IMG/VR virus record: IMGVR_UViG_3300027260_000002
Strand: one strand, 5' to 3'
From: a virus
Taxonomy: Duplodnaviria; Heunggongvirae; Uroviricota; Caudoviricetes
Length of the DNA stretch: 64,000 bases
Shown here in pieces: positions 46,732-56,232 of this stretch (position 1 is the first letter of the stretch; each line of letters begins with the position of its first letter). The notes beneath the pieces were generated by a model, which saw only the letters and a list, made by a program, of their open reading frames with translations, had not been told where the DNA came from and did not search any database. Made by a program: the position numbers and the translations under genes.

Positions 46732-47154
46732 ATGAGTTGGTTATACGAAGATAAAGAATTTACTGATGTTGAAGATTATTACGGCTTCATATATTTGATT
46801 GAAAATTTGGTAAACGGCAAGAAATATATAGGTCGTAAGTATCTAACAAAAGCCGGATACAAAACTGTCAAAGGTAAACGAAAGAAGCTTCGCGTAGAGT
46901 CCGATTGGCGAGACTACTACGGATCTTCTACTTCCCTCAAAGAAGACATTGATCTCTACGGAAAAGATAACTTTCGTAGAACGATCTTAAGACTCTGCAA
47001 GGGTCGCGGAGAATGTAATTACTTTGAAACAAAATATATATTCGATACAGATGCCATTTTAGATCCTAAATATTACAATAGTTGGGTATCTTGTAAAATT
47101 CAAACAAGCCACGTGAAGGCTTTACTTTTCAACCCCGAACAGGAGAATTTATGA
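46732..47154 (+). CDS. GIY-YIG nuclease-domain protein (homing-endonuclease-like)
   Basis: YGFIYLIENLVNGKKYIGRK is a GIY-YIG signature. Located in the nrd/speD neighbourhood. Confidence 0.55.
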   Translation: MSWLYEDKEFTDVEDYYGFIYLIENLVNGKKYIGRKYLTKAGYKTVKGKRKKLRVESDWRDYYGSSTSLKEDIDLYGKDNFRRTILRLCKGRGECNYFETKYIFDTDAILDPKYYNSWVSCKIQTSHVKALLFNPEQENL

Positions 47155-47155
47155 G

Positions 47156-47542
47156 GTGGGTAAGGTACTAGAACACAAGCATTTGATTGTAAGAGCAGAG
47201 CTGAACAATCCTCCGCAATGCACATCGGCGATCGATGAGTGGATGAAGAAACTGGTTAATCAGATTGATATGAAAATTTTAATGGGACCATACACGGTGT
47301 ATTCTGATATGGTCGGTAATCGCGGATTGACTGCCGTGACTATCATCGAGACCAGTCATATTGCTCTACATGTATGGGACGAATGCGAGCCTGCAATGGC
47401 TCAGCTAGATGTTTACACGTGCAGCACATTAAATATTCAAGATGTGTTCGATGCCATCACCGAATGGGATCCTACAAAAGTAGAGTATAAGTATATAGAC
47501 CGAGAAAACGGGTTGACATTAATTGAGAAAAATGTTATATAA
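47156..47542 (+). CDS. speD: S-adenosylmethionine decarboxylase proenzyme (SpeH/SpeD class 1b)
   Basis: IETSHIALHVWDE pyruvoyl-forming Ser motif. Size ~128 aa is typical. Confidence 0.7.
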   Translation: MGKVLEHKHLIVRAELNNPPQCTSAIDEWMKKLVNQIDMKILMGPYTVYSDMVGNRGLTAVTIIETSHIALHVWDECEPAMAQLDVYTCSTLNIQDVFDAITEWDPTKVEYKYIDRENGLTLIEKNVI

Positions 47543-47886
47543 TGTATAAGAGAACAACTAGAACTAATGGTCCTAAGCGTACCACATACACGCAGTCGTC
47601 TAAAGGTTCTAGTCGTTCTTCTAAAATGTCTCAGAAGTTACTACGACTACAAATTTAAATACTGGCGAAAGAAAGACTTATCTTACTCAGAGAACCGCAG
47701 ACGGCTGGGTTTCAAGAAAGAGTCTATCAGCTCCTAAGCCCAAGACAACCAAGTTTAAAAAAACAAAAACAATCCGAATGAAAAAGTCTAAACCTTTAGG
47801 CGTCACAGGTTGGATTGTTTTAGGAATTATAATTATACTATTATTAGCAAGTAATTGAAGTAAAAACAAGAAGTGAGGATTAAATA

Positions 47887-48156
47887 ATGGGTAAGAAGAG
47901 AACACGTAAGACAGTCGTATCGAAAGGCCAACGTCGTTCGATCGTGGCTGGCGTGAAAGAAGTTCGTCAAGATCGTAGCGAAGGCGAAAAGGCCTACAAT
48001 AAGCTGAAAGCTTGGCGCAAAGGCCAGAATCCATGGATTACTGTTCCTGGTCCGCAGTCTAACATGCGCTTTATTAAAGTGCGGGCGAACGGTGTTTGGG
48101 GTAATCCAAAAAATCGATCAACAGGCATTTACAGTAAGGCGACAAGCGATGAATAA
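47887..48156 (+). CDS. small basic protein
   Basis: GTGAGGA RBS. KKRTRKTVVSKGQRRS... Confidence 0.4.
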   Translation: MGKKRTRKTVVSKGQRRSIVAGVKEVRQDRSEGEKAYNKLKAWRKGQNPWITVPGPQSNMRFIKVRANGVWGNPKNRSTGIYSKATSDE

Positions 48157-48403
48157 GAATATTCTAATCTATACGAAAGACAACTGCCCTTTTTGTGTAC
48201 AAGCGAAAAACTTGTTTACAAATAAAGGAGAACAGTATATAGAGAAGAAGATAGGAAAAGATATTACGCGCGAAGAGTTTATGGAAAACTTTCCTGACGT
48301 AAGAACAGTTCCTTTCATTATAATTGACACAGAAAAGGTAGGTGGTTATGACAAACTCGTTGAATGGTACGACAGACCAGAACGATCGTTCTTGGCAGAA
48401 TGA
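48149..48403 (+). CDS. grx: glutaredoxin (NrdC/Grx-like)
   Basis: Internal ATG 48149 (MNKNILIYTKDNCPFCVQAKNLF) with ATGAATAA coupling. CPFC active site. Confidence 0.75.
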   Translation: MNKNILIYTKDNCPFCVQAKNLFTNKGEQYIEKKIGKDITREEFMENFPDVRTVPFIIIDTEKVGGYDKLVEWYDRPERSFLAE

Positions 48404-48653
48404 ATATTTAAAGGGCGTTCTCCAAACTGGAATCGCAAATGTATCCTTCATGAAGAAGGACGGAACACAGCGAAATCTTCTATGCACTCTGTTGCCGAGC
48501 GAATTGCCGGCACAGACTGATCTTGAAGAAGCCGTACAGAAGAAGACTCCAAATCCTGAAGTGCTTGCTGTATGGGATCTTGAAAATAAAGGATGGCGTT
48601 CGTTCCGTTACGACTCGGTCCTCGGCTTTAGTGTACTGTCACTCGACGCATGA
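48342..48653 (+). CDS. hypothetical protein
   Basis: Track ORF. Its 5' part overlaps grx, so the real start may be the ATG at 48447 (MKKDGTQRN...). Confidence 0.3.
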   Translation: MVMTNSLNGTTDQNDRSWQNEYLKGVLQTGIANVSFMKKDGTQRNLLCTLLPSELPAQTDLEEAVQKKTPNPEVLAVWDLENKGWRSFRYDSVLGFSVLSLDA

Positions 48654-48991
48654 TTTACATGGTAGACATTGATCAGACCATCTGTAAAACGCCATATACA
48701 GATGGTCAACATCGCTATGGATTGGCAACTCCATTTAAGCATCGTATCGAGAAGATAAATAAACTATACGATCAGGGTAATACCATCATCTATTGGACAG
48801 CCCGTGGTTCAGGATCGGGAATCGACTGGACCGAACTTACTACAAAACAACTAAAAGATTGGGGATGCAAGTTCCACGAAGTCCGTCTCGGAAAGCCATC
48901 ATACGACGTATGGATCGATGATAAGGCAATTGGCGACGGGTTCTTCTTTTACGATGAAGATATGGAATTGCTGAACGCTACTAAGGAATAA
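48650..48991 (+). CDS. small HAD-like phosphatase (GmhB-like candidate)
   Basis: MIYMVDIDQTI (DxDxT). In an operon with heptose-pathway genes. Confidence 0.45.
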   Translation: MIYMVDIDQTICKTPYTDGQHRYGLATPFKHRIEKINKLYDQGNTIIYWTARGSGSGIDWTELTTKQLKDWGCKFHEVRLGKPSYDVWIDDKAIGDGFFFYDEDMELLNATKE

Positions 48992-48993
48992 TA

Positions 48994-49983
48994 ATGAATA
49001 ACCAAGATAAGATTGAACTGAACGAACTGAACAAGGAATCGAATGGTGGAACAGAACTTACCACTCGAAATCTCTTCCACCGACTTTCAAGTGATGAACT
49101 CGATGGTGTCCAAATTATCACTGCTCGCGTCCGCGACCTCGATCCTGACCGAATTAAGATCTATCATTTACATGATCTCGCTGGCGATCCGGAAGCTTCA
49201 CACCTTCAAGATCCAGCTTCTCGAGCTCGCTTTCAAAAGTTGGTCTTCAGTTCTAACTGGCAGTATCAACAGTATCGTGATTATCTTGGAGTTCCATATA
49301 GCAATCATTCAACAGTTATCGAAACAGGCATCGAGCCTATTCCACTCGTTGAGAAACCAAAGGATAAGATACGTCTCATTTATACGTCCACACCTCATCG
49401 TGGACTGGAGATTCTGGTTCCTGTCTTTTGCGCTCTCGCCGAGAAGTATCCTAACATCGAATTAGATGTCTTCTCTTCGTTTGGCATCTATGGTCCAGGT
49501 TGGGAGGGCCGCGACGAAGCGTACAAGCCTCTCTTCGATCGGATGAAGGAGCACCCACAAATCAACTATCATGGTTGGGCAGATCAGGAGACAGTACGTG
49601 CCGCATATCAAAAAGCCCACATCTTTGCGTATCCTTGTATCTGGCCGGAAACTTCGTGCAGGTCTCTTATTGAAGCTATGTCAGCTGGTTGTTTGGCGGT
49701 TCATCCTAACTTCTCTGCTTTGGCTGACACGTCGGGTGGGCTAACTGTCCAGTATGACGGTGATCATGAGAATCCAAATCTGCATGCTAACATCTTTGCT
49801 CACACTCTGATGTATGCCATCGAGAACGTGCAGAACAACGACATTACTAACATGATGTCATTCGTCAAAGCCTACGCAGACACTCGCTTCGGTTGGGATT
49901 CAGTGATTCCCAAGTGGAAGGGACTCATCGCTTCGTTAAAGGAACAACACCGTGATATTGGCCAAAGCACCACTCAGAGTTAG
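48994..49983 (+). CDS. glycosyltransferase (GT-B fold, GT4-like)
   Basis: C-terminal ETSCRSLIEAMSAGCLAV matches the E-x7-E GT4 motif. Confidence 0.6.
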   Translation: MNNQDKIELNELNKESNGGTELTTRNLFHRLSSDELDGVQIITARVRDLDPDRIKIYHLHDLAGDPEASHLQDPASRARFQKLVFSSNWQYQQYRDYLGVPYSNHSTVIETGIEPIPLVEKPKDKIRLIYTSTPHRGLEILVPVFCALAEKYPNIELDVFSSFGIYGPGWEGRDEAYKPLFDRMKEHPQINYHGWADQETVRAAYQKAHIFAYPCIWPETSCRSLIEAMSAGCLAVHPNFSALADTSGGLTVQYDGDHENPNLHANIFAHTLMYAIENVQNNDITNMMSFVKAYADTRFGWDSVIPKWKGLIASLKEQHRDIGQSTTQS

Positions 49984-50902
49984 TTTTTTCGGCGGGGGTA
50001 GTGATATCCCCGCCCACTTTGCACAATGGGGTGGAGCAACCATCTCAACTGCCATCGACAAGTATGTCTATGTAGCAGTCATGCACACTCCTCACGACCA
50101 TGTCAAAGTTTCTTATTCGAAACAAGAGTGTGTAGAGAACGTTGAGGATCTTCAGAACGATATTGTCAAGAACGCTTTGAAATTCTTCGGTATCAAATCC
50201 AACATCGAGATCACATCATTCGCAGACATCCCTACGATCGGCAACGGTCTTGGTGGATCGTCTGCTTTTACTTGTGCTTTGATTAAGGCTTTATCAGCCT
50301 ATCTTGGTTTCGAATACGTAAATCCTTATCTTGTTGCGAAGACTGCTTGCCACATCGAGATCGATCTATGTGGTTGGAAGATCGGCATGCAAGATCAGTT
50401 TGCATCTGCTTTCGGTGGCATGAACTACATTCAATATGCAAATGAGCTTGGCAATGGACGAGTAGATGTGAAGCGTCTCGACTCGAATGCAATCGAGAAC
50501 TACATGATCTTGATTCCTACAAACGTAGAGCATCATGCAGCTAAGATCCTTGATAATATCAACTTTGAAGCAAAGACATTTATTATTCGTCAAATGGCTG
50601 ATATGGCAAATATGCAGGGAACACAGCAAGTGAATATCAATACGTACAGTCAGTTGCTTGATTCTGCATGGGTTCTGAAGAAACAGATGAGTGAAGAGAT
50701 CTCCAACAGTGATATAGATATTATGTACGAACGTTGCAAATCTTCTGGTGCTTTTGGCGCTAAGTTACTTGGAGCAGGAGGCGGAGGATACATGCTAGCG
50801 CTTACAGATTCTAAGAGTGCAATCCGCCAAGAATTCTCAGACAGAACATGCCTCGATGTAGGCATCTCACATGAAGGAGCAAGAGTTGTCTATCGAGACT
50901 GA
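49952..50902 (+). CDS. GHMP-family sugar kinase (D-glycero-D-manno-heptose 7-phosphate kinase HddA-like)
   Basis: GTG start. KAPLRVSFFGGGSD N-terminus and GLGGSSAFTCALIKAL ATP-binding motif. Confidence 0.65.
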   Translation: MILAKAPLRVSFFGGGSDIPAHFAQWGGATISTAIDKYVYVAVMHTPHDHVKVSYSKQECVENVEDLQNDIVKNALKFFGIKSNIEITSFADIPTIGNGLGGSSAFTCALIKALSAYLGFEYVNPYLVAKTACHIEIDLCGWKIGMQDQFASAFGGMNYIQYANELGNGRVDVKRLDSNAIENYMILIPTNVEHHAAKILDNINFEAKTFIIRQMADMANMQGTQQVNINTYSQLLDSAWVLKKQMSEEISNSDIDIMYERCKSSGAFGAKLLGAGGGGYMLALTDSKSAIRQEFSDRTCLDVGISHEGARVVYRD

Positions 50903-51467
50903 CATTATATTCGATCACCTCGGCCTGATTAATATCGGCTTTGCAAGTATCGATCATGAAGAATTTAAAAAAGCAGCAGAACTCATTTGGCTGACAAGCA
51001 TTTCTAATCATCGGAATAACATCTATACAATTGGTAATGGTGCATCTGCTTCCATCGCTCAGCATTGGGCATGCGACTATACCAAAGGTTGTAAGAAAGG
51101 TGGGCTGCGACCAAGAGTTATTTCTTTGGCAGCAAATATTCCACTCATGACAGCCGTGGCGAATGACATCTCTTACGACGATGTTTACTCGTTCCAGCTC
51201 GATGCACTCGGACAAGAAGGCGACGTACTCGTAGCCATCTCTTCGAGTGGTAATTCTCCGAATGTTGTCAAGGCAATTGAGACTGCTAAGTCATTGAAAA
51301 TAAAGACTATTGCCTTGACAGGTTTTTCTCCAGATAATAAGTGCGCTCAACTCGCAGATATCTCTCTACATGTCGATATCCAAGAATACGAGGCAGCAGA
51401 AGACGTCCACCAAGCTATTATGCATATGATTGCTAAATATATCAGAAACAGAGGTAAGGTTACATAA
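50871..51467 (+). CDS. gmhA: SIS-domain phosphoheptose isomerase GmhA-like
   Basis: TIGNGASASIAQH and ISSSGNSPNV ... LTG SIS blocks. Confidence 0.7.
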   Translation: MKEQELSIETDIIFDHLGLINIGFASIDHEEFKKAAELIWLTSISNHRNNIYTIGNGASASIAQHWACDYTKGCKKGGLRPRVISLAANIPLMTAVANDISYDDVYSFQLDALGQEGDVLVAISSSGNSPNVVKAIETAKSLKIKTIALTGFSPDNKCAQLADISLHVDIQEYEAAEDVHQAIMHMIAKYIRNRGKVT

Positions 51468-52222
51468 TGTCACAACAACCAGTATCGATCCATCAGATCC
51501 AAGCACAATTCGGCACAGATAGCGCAAACTATGAAGTACTCACTGACGCAGCCATTCGATCAAAGGGTGTAGAAGGTGCAGCAGTCGAGATTGGTGTCCG
51601 TATGGGCGGTGGTCTACAGTGTATCATCGACGGTCTCGTAGAAAGCGGTCAGACTCCTGAGAAGCCAGTCTTTGGTATCGATCCTTATGGGAACATCGAG
51701 TATTATCGTGACGAGATCTTCAAGGAAGGTCGCTGCGACTATACCAATGAGATGCGCGACATATGCATGATCAACTTATATCTGTATTGCCGTCAGAAAA
51801 ACGTCAACTTCTATATGTTCAACCTCGAAGATACAGAATTCTTTAATCGTTATGCAGACGGTGTTCCTGTCTATGCAGAGCATAAGAGTCTTGTCAATAA
51901 GTATAGCGTAGTTCACTTCGATGGTCCTCACACACTCGAAGCTCTCGATGCCGAGATTGCATTCTTCCTTGAGCGGTCAGATCCTGGCGCTGTCTTCGTC
52001 TTCGATGACGTAGAGATGTACGAACACGGTGCTGTGCACAATCAGTTGCTTGAGCATGGTATGGAAATTGCCATGGAAACTCCTCGCAAGTGGTCGTATT
52101 TCAAGAAAGAACATGTCGACAAAAAGTGGGAACCAGTCGTTGGAACTCCTGGTTGGGAGCCAAACGCAACTCAATATACACCCACCGCCGGTCCAAGTTT
52201 TAATTATAAAATCGACTTGTGA
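51467..52222 (+). CDS. SAM-dependent methyltransferase (TylF/MycF-like O-methyltransferase candidate)
   Basis: EIGVRMGGG glycine-rich motif I. Acidic metal-site candidates FDD/FDG. Confidence 0.45.
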   Translation: MSQQPVSIHQIQAQFGTDSANYEVLTDAAIRSKGVEGAAVEIGVRMGGGLQCIIDGLVESGQTPEKPVFGIDPYGNIEYYRDEIFKEGRCDYTNEMRDICMINLYLYCRQKNVNFYMFNLEDTEFFNRYADGVPVYAEHKSLVNKYSVVHFDGPHTLEALDAEIAFFLERSDPGAVFVFDDVEMYEHGAVHNQLLEHGMEIAMETPRKWSYFKKEHVDKKWEPVVGTPGWEPNATQYTPTAGPSFNYKIDL

Positions 52223-52261
52223 AAATAAGCATGTACAAATTATCAAAACTGTAGTAGATTG
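52223..52261 (+). promoter_or_regulatory. CATGTACA-N17-TAGATT promoter
   Basis: ATGTACA 52231-52237, hexamer 52255-52260. Confidence 0.45.
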
Positions 52262-52293
52262 AATAATACAAACAAGGAACTACAGAGGTAAAT

Positions 52294-53382
52294 ATGGTCA
52301 TTAAGGTTAAAGCTAAACCCAAACAGATCTCTCGTGCGGCTATTCGGTCGATCGATGACAAAGCCTATGGCTCAGAACCCATCGTAATCGATGGCTATAG
52401 CAATGCCTTGAACTGGTATAACTACATGGCATCTGATGATCAGTCGCGTGACTGGTTCTTCACTTATGCCAAGAAGAATTATACCAAGGACCAACTCGTA
52501 CTCCTACGCAAACTTCCAAAGTGGAAGATTTCCAAGACTCTTGGTAACGTTGCACGTATTCTACTGAATGGCAATGAGCTGCCGCAAAAGAATCTCGACT
52601 ACTTCAATGATAGTGTAAAGAATCTCCTTGCGGCAGCTACTCAGATTGTCGAAGAAGTCGAAGACACACCAAAGTCTGTCGTCGATATTCAAGCTCGCAT
52701 TCGTGAGAAGGCCAACTACATCATCACGAGTCTCGAAGAAGAACTCGATAATGTCATCGATGGCAAAGAGTTCTCGATGTACACCTTCTGTCAAGCGAAC
52801 GAGCTGAACGCACAGATTCTCGGCATCGTAGCTGACTATTATCGTCCTCAATATACAGAGATTATGTCGAATGACGAGCAAGTTCAAGAAGCTTTCGGCA
52901 AGCGTCTAAAGTTTTGGATTAACTTTTGGCAGAGTTTCTTCGGTGACATCGATCGTTATGTAAATAACAAGAAGGCTGTCAAGGTTCGTAAGCCACGTGA
53001 AAAGAAAGCAAAGTCTGCTGTCGATCTGGTCAAGAACCTTAAATACCAGAAGGAAGAGCCTTCACTCAAGATTGTCTCTGTCCATCCAGCAGAGGTCGTA
53101 GGATGTACACAGCTATGGGCTTACAACACCAAATACAAGAAGTTGGCTCGATATGATTCGAGTGGTCCAGCTGGAATCCAAGTCAAAGGCACTACCTTGA
53201 TCGGTTATGACGTCGAGACTTCTACAAGCAAAAGCTTGCGTAAGCCAGACGTTTCTATTCAAGCGTTGCTTGGTGCAGGTAAAGTTAGCCTGCGCAAGTT
53301 CATGGACGAGATCAAGACCGTAGAGTCGAAGCCGAATGGCCGAATCAATCAAGACACCATTCTACTAAGGGTTATTAAATGA
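52294..53382 (+). CDS. hypothetical protein
   Basis: 362-aa ORF after a promoter cassette. No assignable motifs. Confidence 0.45.
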   Translation: MVIKVKAKPKQISRAAIRSIDDKAYGSEPIVIDGYSNALNWYNYMASDDQSRDWFFTYAKKNYTKDQLVLLRKLPKWKISKTLGNVARILLNGNELPQKNLDYFNDSVKNLLAAATQIVEEVEDTPKSVVDIQARIREKANYIITSLEEELDNVIDGKEFSMYTFCQANELNAQILGIVADYYRPQYTEIMSNDEQVQEAFGKRLKFWINFWQSFFGDIDRYVNNKKAVKVRKPREKKAKSAVDLVKNLKYQKEEPSLKIVSVHPAEVVGCTQLWAYNTKYKKLARYDSSGPAGIQVKGTTLIGYDVETSTSKSLRKPDVSIQALLGAGKVSLRKFMDEIKTVESKPNGRINQDTILLRVIK

Positions 53383-53729
53383 CGGACAACGTAATCTTAT
53401 TTCCAGGTGTCAAGCGCGACGAGGCGCCGCCTCAGAACTTAGATGAAATTCATGATAAGGTTACTCAGACTCGTAAAGAACACGTGGCTGGAGTCATGAA
53501 TGACATGATTCCTGACATAATTAATATGTTCGGAGCCTACGGCGTAGATATTAATGACGATAAATACATCAAAGATGTAGCCTTAGTCATGGAAGGCATC
53601 AAGGCATTGTTGCACAGACAGTATAATCTCGAGCATCCATTTCATAATATGTCTGACAACATATTCGAATTTAGATATAATGAAGACAGTACAATTGAAT
53701 ATACGTATACTTTACCAGATGAAGAGTGA
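53379..53729 (+). CDS. hypothetical protein
   Basis: ATGA coupling to the upstream ORF. Confidence 0.4.
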   Translation: MTDNVILFPGVKRDEAPPQNLDEIHDKVTQTRKEHVAGVMNDMIPDIINMFGAYGVDINDDKYIKDVALVMEGIKALLHRQYNLEHPFHNMSDNIFEFRYNEDSTIEYTYTLPDEE

Positions 53730-53738
53730 GAAATTGAA

Positions 53739-54590
53739 ATGATTATTATGGACCTTTCGCAGGTTATGATTTCCAATCTAATGATACAACTTGGAAACCA
53801 CACGAATGCAGATATCGAAGAAGATCTTTTACGACACATGGTGCTAAACTCTGTTCGCGCTTATAATGTCAAGTTTAAGGACGAATTCGGCGAGATGATT
53901 ATCGCATGCGATGCTGGTAATAACTGGCGCCGTCAAGTATTTCCCTATTACAAAGCCAATCGTCGTAAGAATCGTGAGAAGTCCGAGATCAACTGGACTG
54001 CCGTATTCGAGACTCTCAATAAAGTCCGCGATGAACTCAAGGATTACTTTCCTTATCGAGTCATTCGTGTCGATGGCGCCGAAGCTGATGACATCATCGG
54101 CACTCTTGCACAAACCTATGGCAATACCAACGAGAAGATCTTGATTCTTTCTGGTGACAAAGACTTTGTGCAGCTTCAAGCTTACATGAACGTACAGCAG
54201 TTTGATCCTGTACAGAAGAAGTGGCGTAAGACGAACGACGTCGATAAGTTCATCAAAGAACATATCATTCGCGGTGATACTGGCGACGGTGTTCCTAACT
54301 TCTTGTCAGCAGATGACACGTTCGTTGTCGGTGCCAGACAGAAACCTATTAGTCAGAAAAAATTAGATCAATGGCTCAACTCAGATCCAAAGGAATTCTG
54401 TGACGAGAAGATGCTGCGCGGTTATCTTCGTAATCAGCAACTCGTTGATCTCAACTTCATTCCTCCTGATATTAAGAAGGAAGTGCTCGTACAGTACGAG
54501 CAGCAAGCTGGTAAAGGAAGAGATAAACTCTTCAACTACTTTATCGAACGTCGTCTCAAACTCCTATTAGAAAGCATTAACGAGTTTTAA
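53739..54590 (+). CDS. rnh: RNase H / 5'-3' flap exonuclease (T4 rnh-like)
   Basis: Collinear with T4 RNase H, including the C-terminal ...LLESINEF (T4 ...LTNSINEF) and DGAEADDIIG, SGDKDF acidic clusters. Confidence 0.85.
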   Translation: MIIMDLSQVMISNLMIQLGNHTNADIEEDLLRHMVLNSVRAYNVKFKDEFGEMIIACDAGNNWRRQVFPYYKANRRKNREKSEINWTAVFETLNKVRDELKDYFPYRVIRVDGAEADDIIGTLAQTYGNTNEKILILSGDKDFVQLQAYMNVQQFDPVQKKWRKTNDVDKFIKEHIIRGDTGDGVPNFLSADDTFVVGARQKPISQKKLDQWLNSDPKEFCDEKMLRGYLRNQQLVDLNFIPPDIKKEVLVQYEQQAGKGRDKLFNYFIERRLKLLLESINEF

Positions 54591-54591
54591 T

Positions 54592-55020
54592 ATGCAAAGA
54601 ACATTAGCGATCTCAGAGATCCTTGATCTTGTCAAGGAAGCCAAGGATGTACAGACAAAGGTTTCTCTCCTTCGTCAGTATGATAATGAAACACTTCGGT
54701 ATATCCTTGAATTGGCATTCCATCCTAACGTAGGATGGTGGCTACCAGAAGGAGCTCCTCCTTATAAGCCGAGCGAAGTGCTCGACAGCGAAGGAAGACT
54801 CTATCAAGAGGCACGTACACTTCCTCTTTACCTCAGCGGCAATCGTCCTGACATTAAACAAGTTCAGCGCGAAATGCTTTTCATCGGTCTTCTCGAATCT
54901 CTTCATCCGAAGGATGCAAATCTTTTGATTGCAGTCAAGGATAAGAAAGTCGAAGGACTCAACATCGCAACAATTAACGAAGCTTTTCCAGGGTTAATTC
55001 CAAATGAGCAACACGGTTAA
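54592..55020 (+). CDS. hypothetical protein
   Basis: ORF. No recognisable motifs. Confidence 0.4.
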   Translation: MQRTLAISEILDLVKEAKDVQTKVSLLRQYDNETLRYILELAFHPNVGWWLPEGAPPYKPSEVLDSEGRLYQEARTLPLYLSGNRPDIKQVQREMLFIGLLESLHPKDANLLIAVKDKKVEGLNIATINEAFPGLIPNEQHG

Positions 55021-55171
55021 GCGTTTTAGAAAATACAATGAAGAATATGACGACTCGAAAAATACATCACACGATCATCGTCAGCATTTGAGTGAGAAGC
55101 GGCTTCGATCTGCTCTTCGTTCTAAAGCAAAAAGCACCCTTTTAGATCTGATAGAAGATGAAGATTATTAA
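55004..55171 (+). CDS. micro-ORF (55 aa, charged)
   Basis: ATG 55004. TAATG coupling to the next ORF. Confidence 0.3.
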   Translation: MSNTVKRFRKYNEEYDDSKNTSHDHRQHLSEKRLRSALRSKAKSTLLDLIEDEDY

Positions 55172-55470
55172 TGCCTATATACGAATTTAGACTCAAAGAA
55201 ACCGGAGAAGTTTTCGAGGAATTCTTTAACTATCAACAGAAAATCGATTTTCTCGAGGCCAATCCAGACATCGAAGAGATTATAGGTGCACCTCATGTGA
55301 TATCAGGAATAGCAGGAGTGACTCATAAGAATGACTCTGGCTTTAACGATCTACTCAATAGAATCGGTAATGCTAACCCACACTCCCCACTCGGTCAACA
55401 GCACGGTGACAAAGATATTAAAAGTACAAAGATCAGAGAGGCAGTGAATAAGGCTCGCAATAAAAAATAA
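55171..55470 (+). CDS. hypothetical protein
   Basis: ORF. No recognisable motifs. Confidence 0.4.
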   Translation: MPIYEFRLKETGEVFEEFFNYQQKIDFLEANPDIEEIIGAPHVISGIAGVTHKNDSGFNDLLNRIGNANPHSPLGQQHGDKDIKSTKIREAVNKARNKK

Positions 55471-55479
55471 GGACAACTA

Positions 55480-56232
55480 GTGCAACATAGCCAACCTCGT
55501 TTAACTAAGAGAGAAAAAAGAATCGCCAGACAAAATGGTGACACACAAGAAGGGCTGACATTTAAAACTCAAAATTTCAATTTAAAAAATATAAATCCAC
55601 TCACAGAAAACCAGCGCATTGCGTTTGATGCTTTTGATGATGGAAAACATTTGATGTTGCACGGCATGGCTGGTACAGGTAAAACGTTTATTGCTCTGTA
55701 TAAGGCCATCGAATCGATGATGGAAAATACCGGTGTACAAAATAAGATTTATATTGTAAGATCGGTAGTACCAACACGAGATATGGGTTTTCTTCCTGGA
55801 AACCAGAAGGAAAAGATGAAGGTCTATGAGGCACCTTACTATGCCATCTGCACCGAACTGTTTGATCGGTCCGATGCATACGAGATCCTCAAGCAGAAGA
55901 ACGCAGTCGAGTTTATCTCAACGTCGTTCGTTCGTGGTATTACCATGAACAACTGTTTTGTTATCGTGGACGAAGTCAATAACATGACGTTCCACGAACT
56001 GGACTCGGTGATCACTCGTATTGGCAAGGGTTGTAGAGTATTGTTCTGCGGCGACTTTCGTCAGTCAGATCTTACGAAGGACCAAGAACGCAGCGGACTG
56101 AAAGACTTCATGCGAGTCATCGGTAAGTTGAATGATTTTGTACATGTTGACTTTCTCGAACAGGATATCGTTCGATCGAAATTAGTGAAGGAATATATAA
56201 TTGCTCGTCAAAAACTCGGACTTCAACCGTAA
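55480..56232 (+). CDS. phoH: PhoH-like ATPase
   Basis: GTG start after AAGGA. Walker A GMAGTGKTF and PhoH blocks (VVPTRDMGFLPG, FCGDFRQSDL). Confidence 0.85.
   Translation: MQHSQPRLTKREKRIARQNGDTQEGLTFKTQNFNLKNINPLTENQRIAFDAFDDGKHLMLHGMAGTGKTFIALYKAIESMMENTGVQNKIYIVRSVVPTRDMGFLPGNQKEKMKVYEAPYYAICTELFDRSDAYEILKQKNAVEFISTSFVRGITMNNCFVIVDEVNNMTFHELDSVITRIGKGCRVLFCGDFRQSDLTKDQERSGLKDFMRVIGKLNDFVHVDFLEQDIVRSKLVKEYIIARQKLGLQP

Noticed and set aside
47542-47886. ~340-nt low-coding stretch after speD with tiny ORFs (a 38-aa Ser/Thr/Arg-rich peptide at 47542, and a 27-aa TM peptide at 47777)
   Set aside because: The peptides are too short and lack an RBS to call as genes. No clear RNA structure was seen. 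It was left unannotated.
47687-48034. 115-aa minus-strand ORF
   Set aside because: It overlaps plus-strand ORFs that have good RBSs (47887-48156) and the otherwise uniform + strand gene organisation. It has no motifs.
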